Shown: in pieces, positions 29,484 to 38,982 of the stretch
Layout: the number at the start of each line of letters is the position of its first letter
Position numbering within the stretch: the first letter of the stretch is position 1
Source of the DNA: a virus
Strand: one strand, 5' to 3'
Length of the DNA stretch: 64,000 nt
IMG/VR virus record: IMGVR_UViG_3300045988_101799
Notes under the pieces: generated by a model
Told to the model about the DNA's origin: nothing
What the model saw: only the letters and a program-made list of their open reading frames with translations
Databases searched by the model: none
Program-made: the position numbers and the translations under genes

Positions 29484-29580
29484 AAGGAACCCACGGAACC
29501 CATTGTGACCATTTGGCCGTGGGTTCCGTGGGTTCCGTGGGATTTAACGTCCTGACATTTCGATGTACGAAATCGATAAG
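29484..29580. promoter_or_regulatory. intergenic nested inverted repeats (two hairpins)
   Basis: GAACCCACGGAACCCA...TGGGTTCCGTGGGTTCCGTGGG, and ATTTCG-atgta-CGAAAT. Confidence 0.5.
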
Positions 29581-29592
29581 CCAGTTGTACTG

Positions 29593-30390
29593 CTACATTG
29601 AATTGTCAGAAGGATAGACACATTCACGTAACTCCTTCATGGCTAATGCCCTAAGGCTTCTCGGCTTGAAGGAGGGCATAACCATACCGAAGGTGACCAC
29701 CGAAAAGTGTTTATACTTTTCCGGGGTTACGGTGAAGCTCATCCAGTTCCATGCAGTCCATCTCGCCGAAGGGGTCGATGGCGTCCAAGGAAACTCTTTA
29801 AGAATGTTTTCCTCTCCCACGATAGTGGAAGCCAGTCGATATATCTCTAAATCTTCCGGAGCCGTTTCTGACCAATCTGTCCAAGACAAAGATTTCTGAA
29901 ATGCTTGCTTTGCCAGCTTCCCCGTCATGGCATAACATGTTCCGTGTATATAGTAAATGTCCTTCCATGCAGTATAGCGTGAGCTACATCCAGCCATGCT
30001 CTTCCCCTGCGCTAGCATGTCTTCAATCCAGTCCGCAGACAGAAGACAAGTATCGGAATCTAGCTTTATCACAATGTCTTCGTCTTCGGCCTTTTGTGCT
30101 AGGTAGGAGAGGATGCCTCGCACACATTCGGGACCGTTAAGATTTCCCCTTCGATTAAATTGGCTTCGCTCATAATGTGTGGCTCCAGCTTGTAGGAACT
30201 GGGTTTCTGCGCCTTCCGTACACGGGGAATTTCCATCATCGACTACAGTAATAACTGCATGAGGGAGAGTTTTTCTCGCGCAACGTACACATTCCAGCGC
30301 ATCTGGCTGGTCTCTTCTGTAAGTGAATATATAGATGTAGGTCATGGGGCTGGGGGGTTTAAGCAGGACCAAAGACAAATTCAGAACCAA
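29593..30390 (-). CDS. family-2-like (GT-A) glycosyltransferase
   Basis: N-terminal Rossmann-like region with VVDDGNS and DxD-like LDSD motifs. Confidence 0.5.
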   Translation of the reverse strand: MVLNLSLVLLKPPSPMTYIYIFTYRRDQPDALECVRCARKTLPHAVITVVDDGNSPCTEGAETQFLQAGATHYERSQFNRRGNLNGPECVRGILSYLAQKAEDEDIVIKLDSDTCLLSADWIEDMLAQGKSMAGCSSRYTAWKDIYYIHGTCYAMTGKLAKQAFQKSLSWTDWSETAPEDLEIYRLASTIVGEENILKEFPWTPSTPSARWTAWNWMSFTVTPEKYKHFSVVTFGMVMPSFKPRSLRALAMKELRECVYPSDNSM

Positions 30391-30919
30391 TGAATACGGC
30401 CCCTCTGTGTAATTGCTGAATGTACCCGTTGGTTCCTTTTCGAGTTCGAGCTACGGGAAGAGAAAAGAAGGCATCCGGCGATGGCACACTACTTACCATA
30501 GACAGACTATAATCATCTCTATTGACGTTAAGATACCATATAATATCATCATCAAGGGGTGCCATTTCTCCACTGGCTACGGGGTGTAAATTTCCGGGAG
30601 CACCACCTATGTTAAAAACCGCGCTTCCAGATACAATAACCCCGGCCACAAACATGACCGCCGCGTTAGGTCCGGAATTCGTTGGGTCATACACGATGGA
30701 GAACATGCTCTCTTCCCGGTTGCGCATGAGGGGGTCATCATTATATACCGGGGTATGGAACACTCCTATGTCGCTCTCACCGTATACTGGGGCAATCGGG
30801 TCCGGCATTGAATCAAACGGCGGGGCCTCATTAAACATCTCCGTACCCACGGGAACCGAGGGTACGGGATGATTAAAGAGGTCAGGAGCTTGTGGAATCT
30901 CGCTGTACTCTTCTGCCAT
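30359..30919 (-). CDS. hypothetical protein
   Basis: 186-aa ORF. Confidence 0.4.
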   Translation of the reverse strand: MAEEYSEIPQAPDLFNHPVPSVPVGTEMFNEAPPFDSMPDPIAPVYGESDIGVFHTPVYNDDPLMRNREESMFSIVYDPTNSGPNAAVMFVAGVIVSGSAVFNIGGAPGNLHPVASGEMAPLDDDIIWYLNVNRDDYSLSMVSSVPSPDAFFSLPVARTRKGTNGYIQQLHRGAVFIGSEFVFGPA

Positions 30920-30920
30920 A

Positions 30921-31355
30921 TTATTTGCAGTATTCTTTGGAGGGAATTACTACCGGACCTGCATCCGTCTTGGGCTGTTCCTGCGTAAAGGTCAACCTTC
31001 CGGGGCTAACGATTACACAGGATTCTCCATTGCAGATAACTGCGCGGTCCTTACTCACATCCGCGTAGGTGCAACTACTCTGCCCCAACGCTCCAAACAT
31101 GGCTAAAGCTCCAAGGGCGGCACTAATAATCCCGGAGATGATAGTCTTGTACTTGCCGGGTACGCCAAGGGCGACGCAGTACTTCGCCGTCAGCTGGGCA
31201 AAGATGTCAGCCTCTCCCTTGATTAGTTTGCCCGCCATGTTCATGTAGGGCTTCTTCTTTACCGCGGTGAGCTGGTCCCACGGGGTTGGAAGTTCAGCCA
31301 TGCTATAGAGCTTGGCCGCGACTTCTACCTGTTCATCGATATTGTTCTTTTCCAT
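30921..31355 (-). CDS. hypothetical membrane protein
   Basis: TM segment IISGIISAALGALAMFGALG. Confidence 0.4.
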   Translation of the reverse strand: MEKNNIDEQVEVAAKLYSMAELPTPWDQLTAVKKKPYMNMAGKLIKGEADIFAQLTAKYCVALGVPGKYKTIISGIISAALGALAMFGALGQSSCTYADVSKDRAVICNGESCVIVSPGRLTFTQEQPKTDAGPVVIPSKEYCK

Positions 31356-31363
31356 GTCGTTGA

Positions 31364-31717
31364 TTAGATTGTTTGTGGCCGGAAGATGTCACGACAGAAA
31401 GTGATACCTTTCGGAGTTAGTTTACTTTTAGTCTGTCTCCTCGACCCCCTCACTCCCTCGTATTCAATATACCCTTTTTCTTCCAGCTTGCGCAGGATAG
31501 AGTAAAGAGAAGATATGGGGATGCGAGTGCCCTCACTTATTGTCGGATTCTCATGTTTCTGCTCGAAGCCATTGGCGTGCATGTACAGAAGGACACGTAT
31601 GTTATCAATGGTGAGGGAGAAGTCAAGGAGGTCAATATTCAGAAGGAGACCGAGCAAGGCTCGCTGATTGCTCTGGCCCTTCTGTACGGTTCTGGTTGTG
31701 GAGTAGGTCGTTCTCAT
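31364..31717 (-). CDS. winged-helix (PadR/MarR-like) DNA-binding protein
   Basis: ISSLYSILRKLEEKGYIEYEG, a typical PadR-like recognition helix/wing. Confidence 0.45.
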   Translation of the reverse strand: MRTTYSTTRTVQKGQSNQRALLGLLLNIDLLDFSLTIDNIRVLLYMHANGFEQKHENPTISEGTRIPISSLYSILRKLEEKGYIEYEGVRGSRRQTKSKLTPKGITFCRDIFRPQTI

Positions 31718-32190
31718 ACGTCAGAGCTATCTAAACCTAAATGGGACAACAAGTCAACCAGATTGTACGCGAATCGTGTCCTACGACCGCGAGGGTCGCT
31801 ATCATCACGATACCGTACACGTTGAACCTTGCCCCGCTTGAATAGGGTGGTCAGATACGCCGGAGACTTCAAGCCCGTAGATTCCAATGCGGTAGCTACA
31901 TCAACGTATCCTTCCGGGATACTGTCATATAGGCCTTTGACCTGCATCTGAATATAGTCATTGGCTCCTTCCCCTTCCCAGTACATGGTGTGACCGCAAC
32001 GAACGTGTTTGACCTTCAATCGGTTCAGGGCGTGAATTACCCACACGGAGCTTCTCCCGATTTTATCAGCAATCTCCCCGGTGGCAATGTAGCCCTTCGG
32101 TATGTTCTTTACCGGGGGAGTACTATGCCGGGGCCTCCGTGGATGTTTCAATCCGGGATGGACGATTAGTCCTCTACTGTTCTTCTTCAT
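31714..32190 (-). CDS. putative HTH DNA-binding protein
   Basis: YIATGEIADKIGRSSVWVIHALNRL helix-turn-helix-like segment. Confidence 0.4.
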   Translation of the reverse strand: MKKNSRGLIVHPGLKHPRRPRHSTPPVKNIPKGYIATGEIADKIGRSSVWVIHALNRLKVKHVRCGHTMYWEGEGANDYIQMQVKGLYDSIPEGYVDVATALESTGLKSPAYLTTLFKRGKVQRVRYRDDSDPRGRRTRFAYNLVDLLSHLGLDSSDV

Positions 32191-32277
32191 GCAGGGGTAA
32201 AGTCGTTGTCGTTATTGTTCTCGATGATGTAGTATAAGAGAATACCGAGAAGGAATCCGATTAGTATATACATACGT

Positions 32278-32508
32278 TTAGCGAAAGAATTTGGCTGTAC
32301 GGCTCAATACGTCGTTAGGGATTAGAAGAATCTCGTCTCCGGTCGTATAGCCACCGTTGTATGGTATGGCGAAGAAGAATCCTTTTTTGAGGACTGTGTC
32401 AATGAGGTCTTCGTCGGAGGCTAGACCAACTTCGATAGGGGAGAGAATGTGCTCTTCAATAAGAAATTGGCGAAGCCCTTTCATTTGTCCAATGTATGGA
32501 AGGTTCAT
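32278..32508 (-). CDS. hypothetical small protein
   Basis: 76-aa ORF. Confidence 0.35.
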   Translation of the reverse strand: MNLPYIGQMKGLRQFLIEEHILSPIEVGLASDEDLIDTVLKKGFFFAIPYNGGYTTGDEILLIPNDVLSRTAKFFR

Positions 32509-32605
32509 GAGATGAAATGTTATGCGGCGAGGTCTCCCTCCGCGATTAGTATTGAGTTAATGGGGAGGACGAATCCTCCCCCGCTAATGGTTATCCAGTG
32601 GTTGT

Positions 32606-33622
32606 TCATTTTTCTTGGGACTTCATAGTTAATACGAAGCTATTCCAGTGGGCTACCGCTTCTTCGCGAGTGCGGCCATGAATGGAAATGCTATGTGGAA
32701 GAAGCTTGGTCCCGTTGCAGACAACATAGCAATGTTTCTCTCCGGGGTAGATGGTTTCCTCCACGACCTCCGGGATTTCTCCACAGTAGGGGCAGGGACG
32801 TGGATGGGCGTCGCAGGCTTCAAAATACCGTCGCACCTCTTGCCCCACTCTTTCGGTAAACATATCAACAATATGCTGTGGCACGATTCCTTTGATTCCG
32901 GAACCCACGGTGCCTTCGTCCCCGGATTCCGTGGCTTCCTCGTAGTTCAGGGGATGGTCCAGCCCCTCGTCGAAACAGGAAGCACAGGGTCCCACGGTTC
33001 CGGGCAAGTCCCCGTACTTGCATGTGGAGCAGGGGGAGAGGACATCCTCTTCATCCTCTTCCGCTTCTTCATATTCCGGGTACTCAATTCCCCGCTCCTG
33101 TCGGCAATGAGAGCATGGAGGATTGCAACGGAGGTTATCCCGGTGAGTGCAAGTATTGCACGGTTCGATGACATCATCGTTCTCGTCTGTACCTTCGGCA
33201 CATGGGGCAGATTCATCTGGGGTATAATTCTGATAGCCGTTGCAGGAGATGCAGGGTTCCTCTTCGATAGATACCCCCTTATGTTTACATGTCAGACAGG
33301 TAGGACCAGCCATCTCGGCTTCCCTCCGCTTTGCTTCTTCCCGCTTCATCATCTCCATCGCCGCCAGCTTGTTGGTATCGGAGGTGAAGCTGGGAAGTCC
33401 GGGAGTGAGAGCACACTTCTGACAGGGGGATTGCACCAGCAAGGTATCACGGAATTTGCAGAGGGAGCACCTCCGTGCATCCTCGCTTGCCGCGGTGTCC
33501 GTCGCTTGCGTGGATTCCGTGGATTCAAAGTGGCTAAAGTACATGTCACAACTGGCGCAGGGTTCCGCGGTGTCGGGGAGGTCACGGTATGCGCAGGTAA
33601 TACAATTCGGTTCGTCGTTCAT
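32606..33622 (-). CDS. protein with five tandem zinc-ribbon modules
   Basis: Five repeats of C-x2-C-x(3)-[DG]-x(5-8)-C-x2-C (CITCAYRD..CASC; CSLCKFRD..CQKC; CLTCKHKG..CISC; CNTCTHRD..CSHC; CSTCKYGD..CASC), plus a terminal CPYC. Confidence 0.55.
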   Translation of the reverse strand: MNDEPNCITCAYRDLPDTAEPCASCDMYFSHFESTESTQATDTAASEDARRCSLCKFRDTLLVQSPCQKCALTPGLPSFTSDTNKLAAMEMMKREEAKRREAEMAGPTCLTCKHKGVSIEEEPCISCNGYQNYTPDESAPCAEGTDENDDVIEPCNTCTHRDNLRCNPPCSHCRQERGIEYPEYEEAEEDEEDVLSPCSTCKYGDLPGTVGPCASCFDEGLDHPLNYEEATESGDEGTVGSGIKGIVPQHIVDMFTERVGQEVRRYFEACDAHPRPCPYCGEIPEVVEETIYPGEKHCYVVCNGTKLLPHSISIHGRTREEAVAHWNSFVLTMKSQEK

Positions 33623-33740
33623 TTTCTTTTGATGTATTTCTTAATGGTTTCGATTACCCACAGGGTGAATAGGGCGAGTGCGCACAGAGCAATAGCACCC
33701 CATGCGAGGATGTCAGTAATACCAACAAATATTGTCATGG

Positions 33741-34220
33741 TTAGTCGATTAGTTTGAGGTCAAAGAACATAACGGTGTTGAAGTAGCTAGTGGTCACTCC
33801 ATCGATAGCTACCCAGCCGTCGCTGTCTTCATCATCGTAAACCGCGTACTCCTGATAGGGTGTAGGCTCTTCATCGTAGCTTACCCAGCCGCGAGGAACG
33901 TATTGTACCCTATCCCCTCTCTTGAACGGTCGCCGGGGTTTGGCGGTGTTATTGCAACTGGCGCGGACAGATTCTTCTGGCGCATCTAGAACTTCTTCTG
34001 GCGCATCTAGAACTTCTTCTGGCGCATCTAGAACTTCTTCCATCTGGTAAGCAGAGGCCCACTCCGCTAATCCTCCCGAATAGCGTACCTTGTACGGGTA
34101 GAAGTCCTTTTCGTTGTCGATTTCCACGACGCGACCGCAAGGGCCGTAGTCGACGCGGACAATCATTCCGAGTTTAACTTGATTCTTTTCCATGTTAGAA
34201 TTTGATGTTTGGGTATTCAC
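33741..34220 (-). CDS. hypothetical protein, KxGDxV family, with 3x EEVLDAP coding repeat
   Basis: Alternative start MEKNQ at 34193; KLGMIVRVDYGPCGRVV and KRGDRVQYVP motifs; 21-nt perfect repeat x3. Confidence 0.45.
   Translation of the reverse strand: MNTQTSNSNMEKNQVKLGMIVRVDYGPCGRVVEIDNEKDFYPYKVRYSGGLAEWASAYQMEEVLDAPEEVLDAPEEVLDAPEESVRASCNNTAKPRRPFKRGDRVQYVPRGWVSYDEEPTPYQEYAVYDDEDSDGWVAIDGVTTSYFNTVMFFDLKLID
33972..34040. repeat. 21-nt perfect tandem repeat x3 (encodes EEVLDAP x3)
   Basis: ttctggcgcatctagaacttc repeated three times. Confidence 0.9.
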
Positions 34221-34656
34221 GGTAAAGTCGATAGCGGGTCATCCACATGAAAACCCCCGTGGTTATGTAGTTAGATACAACAATAAAGAGATACCATGCG
34301 GCAATCCATGCGGAGATAAGAGAGAGGACATAAAGCGGAGGTGCGGGAAGAGTGAAGAGGCACTCGGCAATGATACTTACAGTTAGTCCGATTAGCCCAA
34401 AGATAACCCACTGAACCGAGATATTGAAGATATGGTTGTATATGTTCTCCATTTCCTTGCGCTCATATAGGGTATACTCGCTTCCTCTCGTCCGGTAGCT
34501 ATTGGTCTCAATGCCAATGAGCTTCAAGTGAGCTTTCAGTTGCTTTGCCATCGCGGTAAGAGCCGTGCCGCCGAACCCACGGAGAGCTACACCCGCAAGC
34601 GCGAAAAGGCCCGCAAGCGCGAAGTATTGTGTGGTTGATAGATGCAATGCGTTCAT
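34195..34656 (-). CDS. multi-pass membrane protein
   Basis: Three to four hydrophobic helices. Confidence 0.45.
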   Translation of the reverse strand: MNALHLSTTQYFALAGLFALAGVALRGFGGTALTAMAKQLKAHLKLIGIETNSYRTRGSEYTLYERKEMENIYNHIFNISVQWVIFGLIGLTVSIIAECLFTLPAPPLYVLSLISAWIAAWYLFIVVSNYITTGVFMWMTRYRLYREYPNIKF

Positions 34657-34674
34657 GATTGTTCTCCTTCATGG

Positions 34675-35259
34675 TTACTCGGCTTGCTCCATTCCCCACG
34701 GCCATTCAACTATATTGCCGGGTTCAATGCTTCGCCCATCCTCCAACAGGATGCGCATGGAGACGCGGGTTCTTCCTGCAACGATTCCGGTATGCCGACG
34801 GAACATACCATCGAAGTACTGGATTTCGGAACCGGGTTGAAGACGCAGAAGCGGAGGACAATGGTCAATGAAGAATCGAGCATTATTCCATGCCTCTTCA
34901 TACGCTGTCTCCGGGTCATCGTTATCACATCCTTGCACGGCCAGTGAGCAACTCACACATTGAATGAACTCGTAGTTACCCTTCCGTCTTTCTTCCAGCA
35001 GACCACCGCAGATAGGACAGAACAGTGGGGGAGGTTCTTCCTCTGGGAATGCCTCATCAAAGGCCTTCTCAACTACTGCTTGCGATTCTACGGATTCATC
35101 GCGAAAAGAGAATTCGCTCTTGGTAGGAATGTTCGTTGGGGCCGTGGTATTGGCTTTAACTATTTTCGGGCTAAGGTCTGACATATAAACGTGTGTCAAG
35201 CCATTGGCCTCGTCAATAACAATCTTGGTTATCTGTTTGGGGTTTGATGTCTTGGACAT
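34675..35259 (-). CDS. Zn-ribbon protein
   Basis: CPICGG...CVSC. Confidence 0.45.
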   Translation of the reverse strand: MSKTSNPKQITKIVIDEANGLTHVYMSDLSPKIVKANTTAPTNIPTKSEFSFRDESVESQAVVEKAFDEAFPEEEPPPLFCPICGGLLEERRKGNYEFIQCVSCSLAVQGCDNDDPETAYEEAWNNARFFIDHCPPLLRLQPGSEIQYFDGMFRRHTGIVAGRTRVSMRILLEDGRSIEPGNIVEWPWGMEQAE

Positions 35260-35295
35260 GGCACCACCATATAATAGTTTTATTATTTGTCAAGA

Positions 35296-35330
35296 AATTA
35301 TTTCAATAAAAATCCCCGGAGGGGTTAGCC
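35296..35330 (-). terminator. Rho-independent terminator (minus strand)
   Basis: Hairpin CCCCGGAGG-ctaa-CCCCTCCGGGG followed by ATTTTTATTG on the minus strand; a TTGACA-containing putative promoter follows. Confidence 0.55.
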
Positions 35331-35397
35331 TCCGGGGCGATGTGCTACTTGCGCTTCCAGCCAAGTAAGTCAAGAAGTTCGAGTAAGCTCATGATTA

Positions 35398-35790
35398 TCA
35401 TCCTTTTGTGAAGAAGTTAAAGAAGGATAGTGTACCGCTATCGGTGAGTACGAACTGGGGATATTGGTCAGGGGTAAATATTTTTGTACCCCCGGAATCC
35501 CCGGTAGCCTCGACAGTCAGAAGGACTGCGGGCACCTTGTCCGTCGGGCTGGATGGAGATGGAATATCTCCCAATCGTGCCCAAACTTGGCACGCTTGCC
35601 ACTGTTCGTCAAGAGCGGCAATGGCCTCGATAGCCTTGGCTATTGCAGGTATCTGCTCATCCGGAACTGTGGTCTCACTGTACTGGTCAAGGTGCGTAAA
35701 GCCCAGTGCGTCCACGTAGATTACACTCATAATGAGCTTGGTCCAGTTGCCGGGCTGCGGGAACTGAATTTGTATTTCTGCGTCGTTCAT
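35398..35790 (-). CDS. hypothetical protein
   Basis: 130-aa ORF, 4-nt overlap with the upstream fibre gene. Confidence 0.45.
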   Translation of the reverse strand: MNDAEIQIQFPQPGNWTKLIMSVIYVDALGFTHLDQYSETTVPDEQIPAIAKAIEAIAALDEQWQACQVWARLGDIPSPSSPTDKVPAVLLTVEATGDSGGTKIFTPDQYPQFVLTDSGTLSFFNFFTKG

Positions 35791-35792
35791 GA

Positions 35793-37931
35793 TTAGAGAG
35801 GTATGTTAATATCTTCAAAATCAGCTGTTTCCTCGGATTCAATGGCATTGACGGCCATTGCTTCCAGTCCATAAAAGACCGGGTTCGTGCCTCCCGGCTG
35901 GTAATAGGTGTGTTCTCCGTCACCTGCATTGATGTAAGTGTCACCAGACGAATTATTCACCACATCAGTTACCCAGCTAATAATACCGGAGTTTGTCTCA
36001 AAGTTACTGACACCGCGGCATGTGGCAATTTTATACAGATTATTTGCCTGACCTCCGGTGAGCATGAGCCAGAGTGTACCCAGATTATCATACTGGGCAA
36101 TATCGGCCGGAGCGTTCTGCTGGTAAATAACCTTGGCAATCGTCCAAGGGATGGGTTCGTTTTGATTGGCCGGGATGAAGCTGGTGGTGGTTTTCACCAG
36201 CCAGCCCGCCGTGGAATCGAGTGCGAAAATCTCACGCACCCGCACCGTATAACCGTTGCGCTGGGTATCTCTGACGTTGTCAAAGGTAATATCCAGAATT
36301 TCGCCATGATTGTACGCCAAATCGTTTGCCGGGATAATACTGTAAGAATCTATGGAAAGGTCGGGACGAACCGTCTTCGCGCCACGGCCGATACCAAAGG
36401 TCAACTTTGCGGCATCAGTAGCACGCCAAACGAAAGAGAACCCTGCGAAACTGGAATAATTCCAGCGGGCATTAACTCCCACAAAGGCCGCCTGAATGGT
36501 CGAATGAGTTCCCGGTGGAACCTTAATAGTAGCTATATGGTAGGGGACTTTTTGGGTCACCGTCGAAGTCCCTGTCTTGGTAATGGTCGCCGTATTGAGG
36601 AAAGCATTAGTGGTCAGGATGTTCGTCTCGCCAGCCAATCCTAGCGCATAAAAGCGATTAACCGCCCCCGTATTCGTCGGTGCACCCGCGGCCAGCGGGA
36701 TGTTAATCCCGGCGTTGGCATTAGGAGTTTTGGTGAACGTCAGAACACCGTCCACGGAAATGGTGCCGTACATACGGGTTTGGACGTTGAACGTAACTAC
36801 CCCGTTATGGTTTTCATTTCTGTAGACCCACAAGTGCCCAGCCCCATCGATGGTCATTGTCTTATCGTTGACGTTATTAGGGTCCGTTATGGAGAGGAAA
36901 CCGTTGGATTCTTCGTAAAGTATGGCTCGCGTAGGACCGCTCTCCTTGCCGAAGAGGATGCACTTCATCTTCTCGCCAGTGGTGGCAACGAAGCTAATGC
37001 CGTCATCAAAAGTGGTGGGGTTTTGGAACTTGACAGGAATCGCAACGTCCATGTGAGAAGCGCTCGTCCCCTCAATGACTGCGGCTCCGTTACCATCGCC
37101 GTGGATTTTAAGAGCATTTTCTCCTTGTCCGAGAACTAAAGGAACTTCGTTTCCGAGAACCAATCCCGCCGTGTTGGTGAAACTCCATGCCCCGGAGATT
37201 GTCTGGTCACTAGCTGGGTCAAAGCCAGTGCCAGAACCGCCACCCTCACCGGAGCCTAAACTAAAATTTCGGATAGAGACGAAGAAGTCCGCTTCTTCAA
37301 TCGTACTGCCGAGAGAAAGAATTGCGGAAGTTTCAGTTGCCACAAAGACCAGCTGGTCAGTAGTCTTACCGCCAGCGAGGAATGCCTTAGGATTGTTGTC
37401 GGCTCCTACGCTAAAGAGCGCATAGCTGAATTCCGGATTAGGCTTCGTTTCCATCAAGCCACCCAAGTCAGGATGCACATTGATAGAGTAGAGCTTACCA
37501 CTTTCGAGGTTGGAGATTTTGTAGAAACCTTCGGAGACAGGACCATCACCGTCCAGCGGGAGGGCCTGATACTCTTGGTCGTAGTCGAACCCCAGCGGGT
37601 GAAGTGCAATCGTCGCGTGTGCACTTTCGACGGAGGCGTTCTTGTCCTGCGCGTTAGTGGGGACGACGAAGTACTTACCGTCGGGGGATTCAATCTCAAT
37701 CACCTGTCCCGCGACCGAGCCATTGATGATGAACTGTTCCGGCGTAATGTTGGACCACAGTTCGTCAGTAGGAGCGGTAGCGGAAAGCTTGAAGAGACAG
37801 GGAGAACTGGAAGCAAGAAGCCACGCGGTGTGCGTGTCGGCATCGCCCAGCTTATAGGTTACGCCCGGTGTAATAGGAGAACCGTTGACGTAATTTTCAA
37901 TTTGGATTTCAGAAGAACGTTTACGTGCCAT
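35793..37931 (-). CDS. tail fibre / receptor-binding protein
   Basis: 712 aa, Gly/Ser/Thr-rich beta-type sequence (GSGEGGGSGTGFDPASDQTISGAWSF); position downstream of the head genes. Confidence 0.5.
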   Translation of the reverse strand: MARKRSSEIQIENYVNGSPITPGVTYKLGDADTHTAWLLASSSPCLFKLSATAPTDELWSNITPEQFIINGSVAGQVIEIESPDGKYFVVPTNAQDKNASVESAHATIALHPLGFDYDQEYQALPLDGDGPVSEGFYKISNLESGKLYSINVHPDLGGLMETKPNPEFSYALFSVGADNNPKAFLAGGKTTDQLVFVATETSAILSLGSTIEEADFFVSIRNFSLGSGEGGGSGTGFDPASDQTISGAWSFTNTAGLVLGNEVPLVLGQGENALKIHGDGNGAAVIEGTSASHMDVAIPVKFQNPTTFDDGISFVATTGEKMKCILFGKESGPTRAILYEESNGFLSITDPNNVNDKTMTIDGAGHLWVYRNENHNGVVTFNVQTRMYGTISVDGVLTFTKTPNANAGINIPLAAGAPTNTGAVNRFYALGLAGETNILTTNAFLNTATITKTGTSTVTQKVPYHIATIKVPPGTHSTIQAAFVGVNARWNYSSFAGFSFVWRATDAAKLTFGIGRGAKTVRPDLSIDSYSIIPANDLAYNHGEILDITFDNVRDTQRNGYTVRVREIFALDSTAGWLVKTTTSFIPANQNEPIPWTIAKVIYQQNAPADIAQYDNLGTLWLMLTGGQANNLYKIATCRGVSNFETNSGIISWVTDVVNNSSGDTYINAGDGEHTYYQPGGTNPVFYGLEAMAVNAIESEETADFEDINIPL

Positions 37932-38031
37932 GATAGTAAAAATTTGGGGCTGAACCCATAGAAGTTTAGCTCATGAGTTCAGCCCCGTCAAGGTTTAATT
38001 GTTGGTTATGCGATATTTCCAACGAAGGTAA

Positions 38032-38310
38032 TCACCGCAGTCCCTTAAAGGTCCCGGCATCACCGCCCGTAGGAATCTGGAACGAGGCAACGGCGGCTTG
38101 CTGTCCCGCATCAAGAGCGGTTCCCTGTGAAAAGATAAGAGTTCCTCGAAGGTTCTTACCAGTCACAATACCCTGCGCGGCCGCGAGAGGAAGAAGACCT
38201 TGCGCCCCTGCTTCCCCAACTACGTTGGTAAGGACTACGTTCTGGTTCTGGATAGTGATGTTGCCATCGTATAGGAATTCAGGCGCGGTGGCCTCTGTCA
38301 CGAAGTCCAC
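38032..38310 (-). CDS. same-frame C-terminal extension ORF of 38380..38982 (separated by a single TAG)
   Basis: GTG-initiated 92-aa ORF lying in frame with the upstream gene; see finding. Confidence 0.4.
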   Translation of the reverse strand: MDFVTEATAPEFLYDGNITIQNQNVVLTNVVGEAGAQGLLPLAAAQGIVTGKNLRGTLIFSQGTALDAGQQAAVASFQIPTGGDAGTFKGLR

Positions 38311-38350
38311 GCGGTAATATCCGGCAGGGGTAGGACCTACAAGAGCTACG

Positions 38351-38410
38351 TCGGAAACGGTGTCCGAAAGGGTCGTAAGCTAGGGAGCGGTGTCCGAGAG
38401 GGTCGTAAGC
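38351..38410. repeat. 30-nt in-frame tandem duplication spanning the stop codon of 38380..38982
   Basis: tcggaaacggtgtccgaaagggtcgtaagc / tagggagcggtgtccgagagggtcgtaagc (about 25/30 identical). Confidence 0.85.
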
Positions 38411-38982
38411 GGGGGAGCGGCTACGATGTCAACGTTAGCCTTTACTGCTCCATCTACGTATACCCACGCATTCGTACCGGTGGAAGTGAAACGAGTGGTC
38501 CCTGCGGCAGTTACAAACGGAGGTTCTTCTATTGCGCCTGCAATGGTATCTCCTGTCTTGACAAATACGGTTACAGGGACTTCCGCACTTACTTTCAATT
38601 CATACCCCGTACCTGCGACTAAATTACCGATACTATACCACTTGTCAGGTAATAAGCCTGCGGGAAGAGTTGCTTCTGTGGGAACCGGAATTTCGTCAGC
38701 CTTCATAGTCAAGGTAATCTCCGCGCCCTCAAGGGCATCGATGCGGAGGTAAGCTTTAGTCTGACCACCCTCCGTCGCGAAGTAGAAAGCACGGCCAAAA
38801 AGATACCCTTCGGCTTGCACCTGCTCCAACGCTTCATCTTTCGCGATGACCACATGCGGGCACTTGGTAGACGTGACAATAAACTTATACCGAGTAGCCT
38901 TGGTCAGTCCGGTAAGCTGATAGATTTGCCCGCGAGCGATAGTTGCATTCTCTGCGGGGATGGGAAGATTTTCTATTGCCAT
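38380..38982 (-). CDS. virion structural protein (Ig-like/decoration or tail candidate)
   Basis: 200-aa beta-rich ORF between the MCP and fibre genes. Confidence 0.5.
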   Translation of the reverse strand: MAIENLPIPAENATIARGQIYQLTGLTKATRYKFIVTSTKCPHVVIAKDEALEQVQAEGYLFGRAFYFATEGGQTKAYLRIDALEGAEITLTMKADEIPVPTEATLPAGLLPDKWYSIGNLVAGTGYELKVSAEVPVTVFVKTGDTIAGAIEEPPFVTAAGTTRFTSTGTNAWVYVDGAVKANVDIVAAPPLTTLSDTAP

